From Tortispora ganteri (lineage: Eukaryota): a stretch of DNA of 64,000 bases. Positions 63,901 through 64,000 of this stretch are shown here, in pieces (position 1 is the stretch's first letter; each line of letters begins with the position of its first letter). Under the pieces are notes generated by a model that was not told the DNA's origin, did not search any database, and saw only the letters and a program-made list of their open reading frames with translations. Location of the stretch: the NCBI GenBank assembly GCA_003707115.1, contig PPNB01000005.1, positions 434,001 to 498,000 of the forward strand. The letters are read 5' to 3'. Position numbers and translations under genes: made by a program.

Positions 63901-64000
63901 GTCTCTGAAGATCAAGCCGGGGAATCTGTGGCCAGGACTGGTCAGCGTCCGTGTTGGAGGACCAGTTATCAGATTGGTCAGGCAAGACTCTTCTGGTTAC
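60923..64000 (-). CDS. UBP12: USP4/15-like ubiquitin-specific protease; 5' part lies beyond the window
   Basis: Cys box GFSNLGNTCYMNSALQCL, QQDSQE, LHEDLNRV, His box NHYGGLGGGHYT; frame stays open to 64000. Confidence 0.92.
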   Translation of the reverse strand, partial: VTRRVLPDQSDNWSSNTDADQSWPQIPRLDLQRLSYKCIYLTSVDDAATVPTDIVTLSLFQTDGLSILKRLLSENCPHIDRLTDPLELRIWLQEDISFVPENAVLTPIGHHDDAGSLQDNGITPDLVIVAEFRLQNGSWPLSERTNRIRQLILTKSPQLYSYITARFANSRIPGTTGFSNLGNTCYMNSALQCLVHIEELVIYFMSDICQEEINYNNPIGMDGKVAEKFEALIHRLYTIERSKPVPNTFSPRIFKSTVGHYNHSFAGYGQQDSQELLAFVLDALHEDLNRVKKKPYVEKPESTDEMVANKTLVAELAQEIWDIHRMRNDSVIQDLFAGLYKSTLVCPECQKISITFDPFLSLSLALPVDKTWSRTVYVIPIDAPPIYIDMELPENYSIDMYLSRISSLVNIPQQRLISVQVAANSITRIHDSYESINRIPTTALAFVYEYDEDLANDDADSATCLILNRTLNDVPKNPNWTDPAVKDKAKWGKLFGIPSVIVFSKEERQNRDLIYKKVLKRQASLFNINTDEIDISEPLFDMRVIPAQYRQPIPTGYHMRLYNLERIGGDNETQEFSETMSHNSTPRSEDSTDNHEAYQSLESIVGNADDKMELSDGLLNKGEYSDHSSMACNSSDTEDEDFQEQDDEQDEMKTDTLENSKEEFVALISDGQGITCDWPDSVIDELFPKQSDSITYITPTSVVDPEAEIQKERRLARQNKNITLDDCLALFSNEEILGKEDLWYCPRCKEHRQASKKFDLWKLPDIFTIHLKRFSASRMFNDKIGDFVECPLDALDMNKWLSSETQEGANTYELFAVDNHYGGLGGGHYTSNVKNFIDNKWYCFDDSSVTEIEDSRVVTSAAYVLFYRRKGKRFLGSDSLRDKLEAPMLNFYESMLSKPIERGRTERFERETTPSRDLYEFIGPVQRGTESEDRKTVASDDSNETDSYGGLMRSRSRKRAMNPLVYDVTMTPSGERSFLYDSPSTAPSFSGIETPDSVSSLSSIERETPSEAAEPCDLQKVRDES

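Overview
Gene-dense, intron-poor eukaryotic chromosomal window from an ascomycete budding yeast using the standard genetic code (CTG encodes Leu at invariant positions of Rsp5 and casein kinase I). Very short intergenic distances and 57-60 nt introns suggest an early-diverging Saccharomycotina lineage; this is inference, not a taxonomic assignment. About 39 protein-coding genes are present, nearly all recognisable housekeeping orthologues (NEM1, CCZ1, UPS2, BOL1, ECL1, an ACT-family permease, SGN1, RSP5, SPC25, SWC4, TCA17, COQ2, BUD6, YCK-type CK1, CEX1, PBP1, SGO1, DAD2, NUP133, TDA2, ERP1, VTC1, DRE2, STF2-like, ECT1, MCT1, SER1, HUS1/MEC3, GCD7, TDA3, FDH1, LYS4, HEM15, RPL28, SAS2, ATG9, TAZ1, UBP12). 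I reconstructed four spliced genes the ORF track truncates (RSP5, CK1, MCT1, TDA3) and an SDR gene at the left edge that it misses. I saw no tRNA, rRNA, transposon, CRISPR array or clear multi-gene novel system. The best leads are an orphan 7-TM GPCR-like protein (42553-43938), a ferrochelatase with all four [2Fe-2S] ligand positions substituted, and an RPL28/uL15 with unusual changes in its conserved N-terminal arm. All family assignments come from motif recognition, not database searches.
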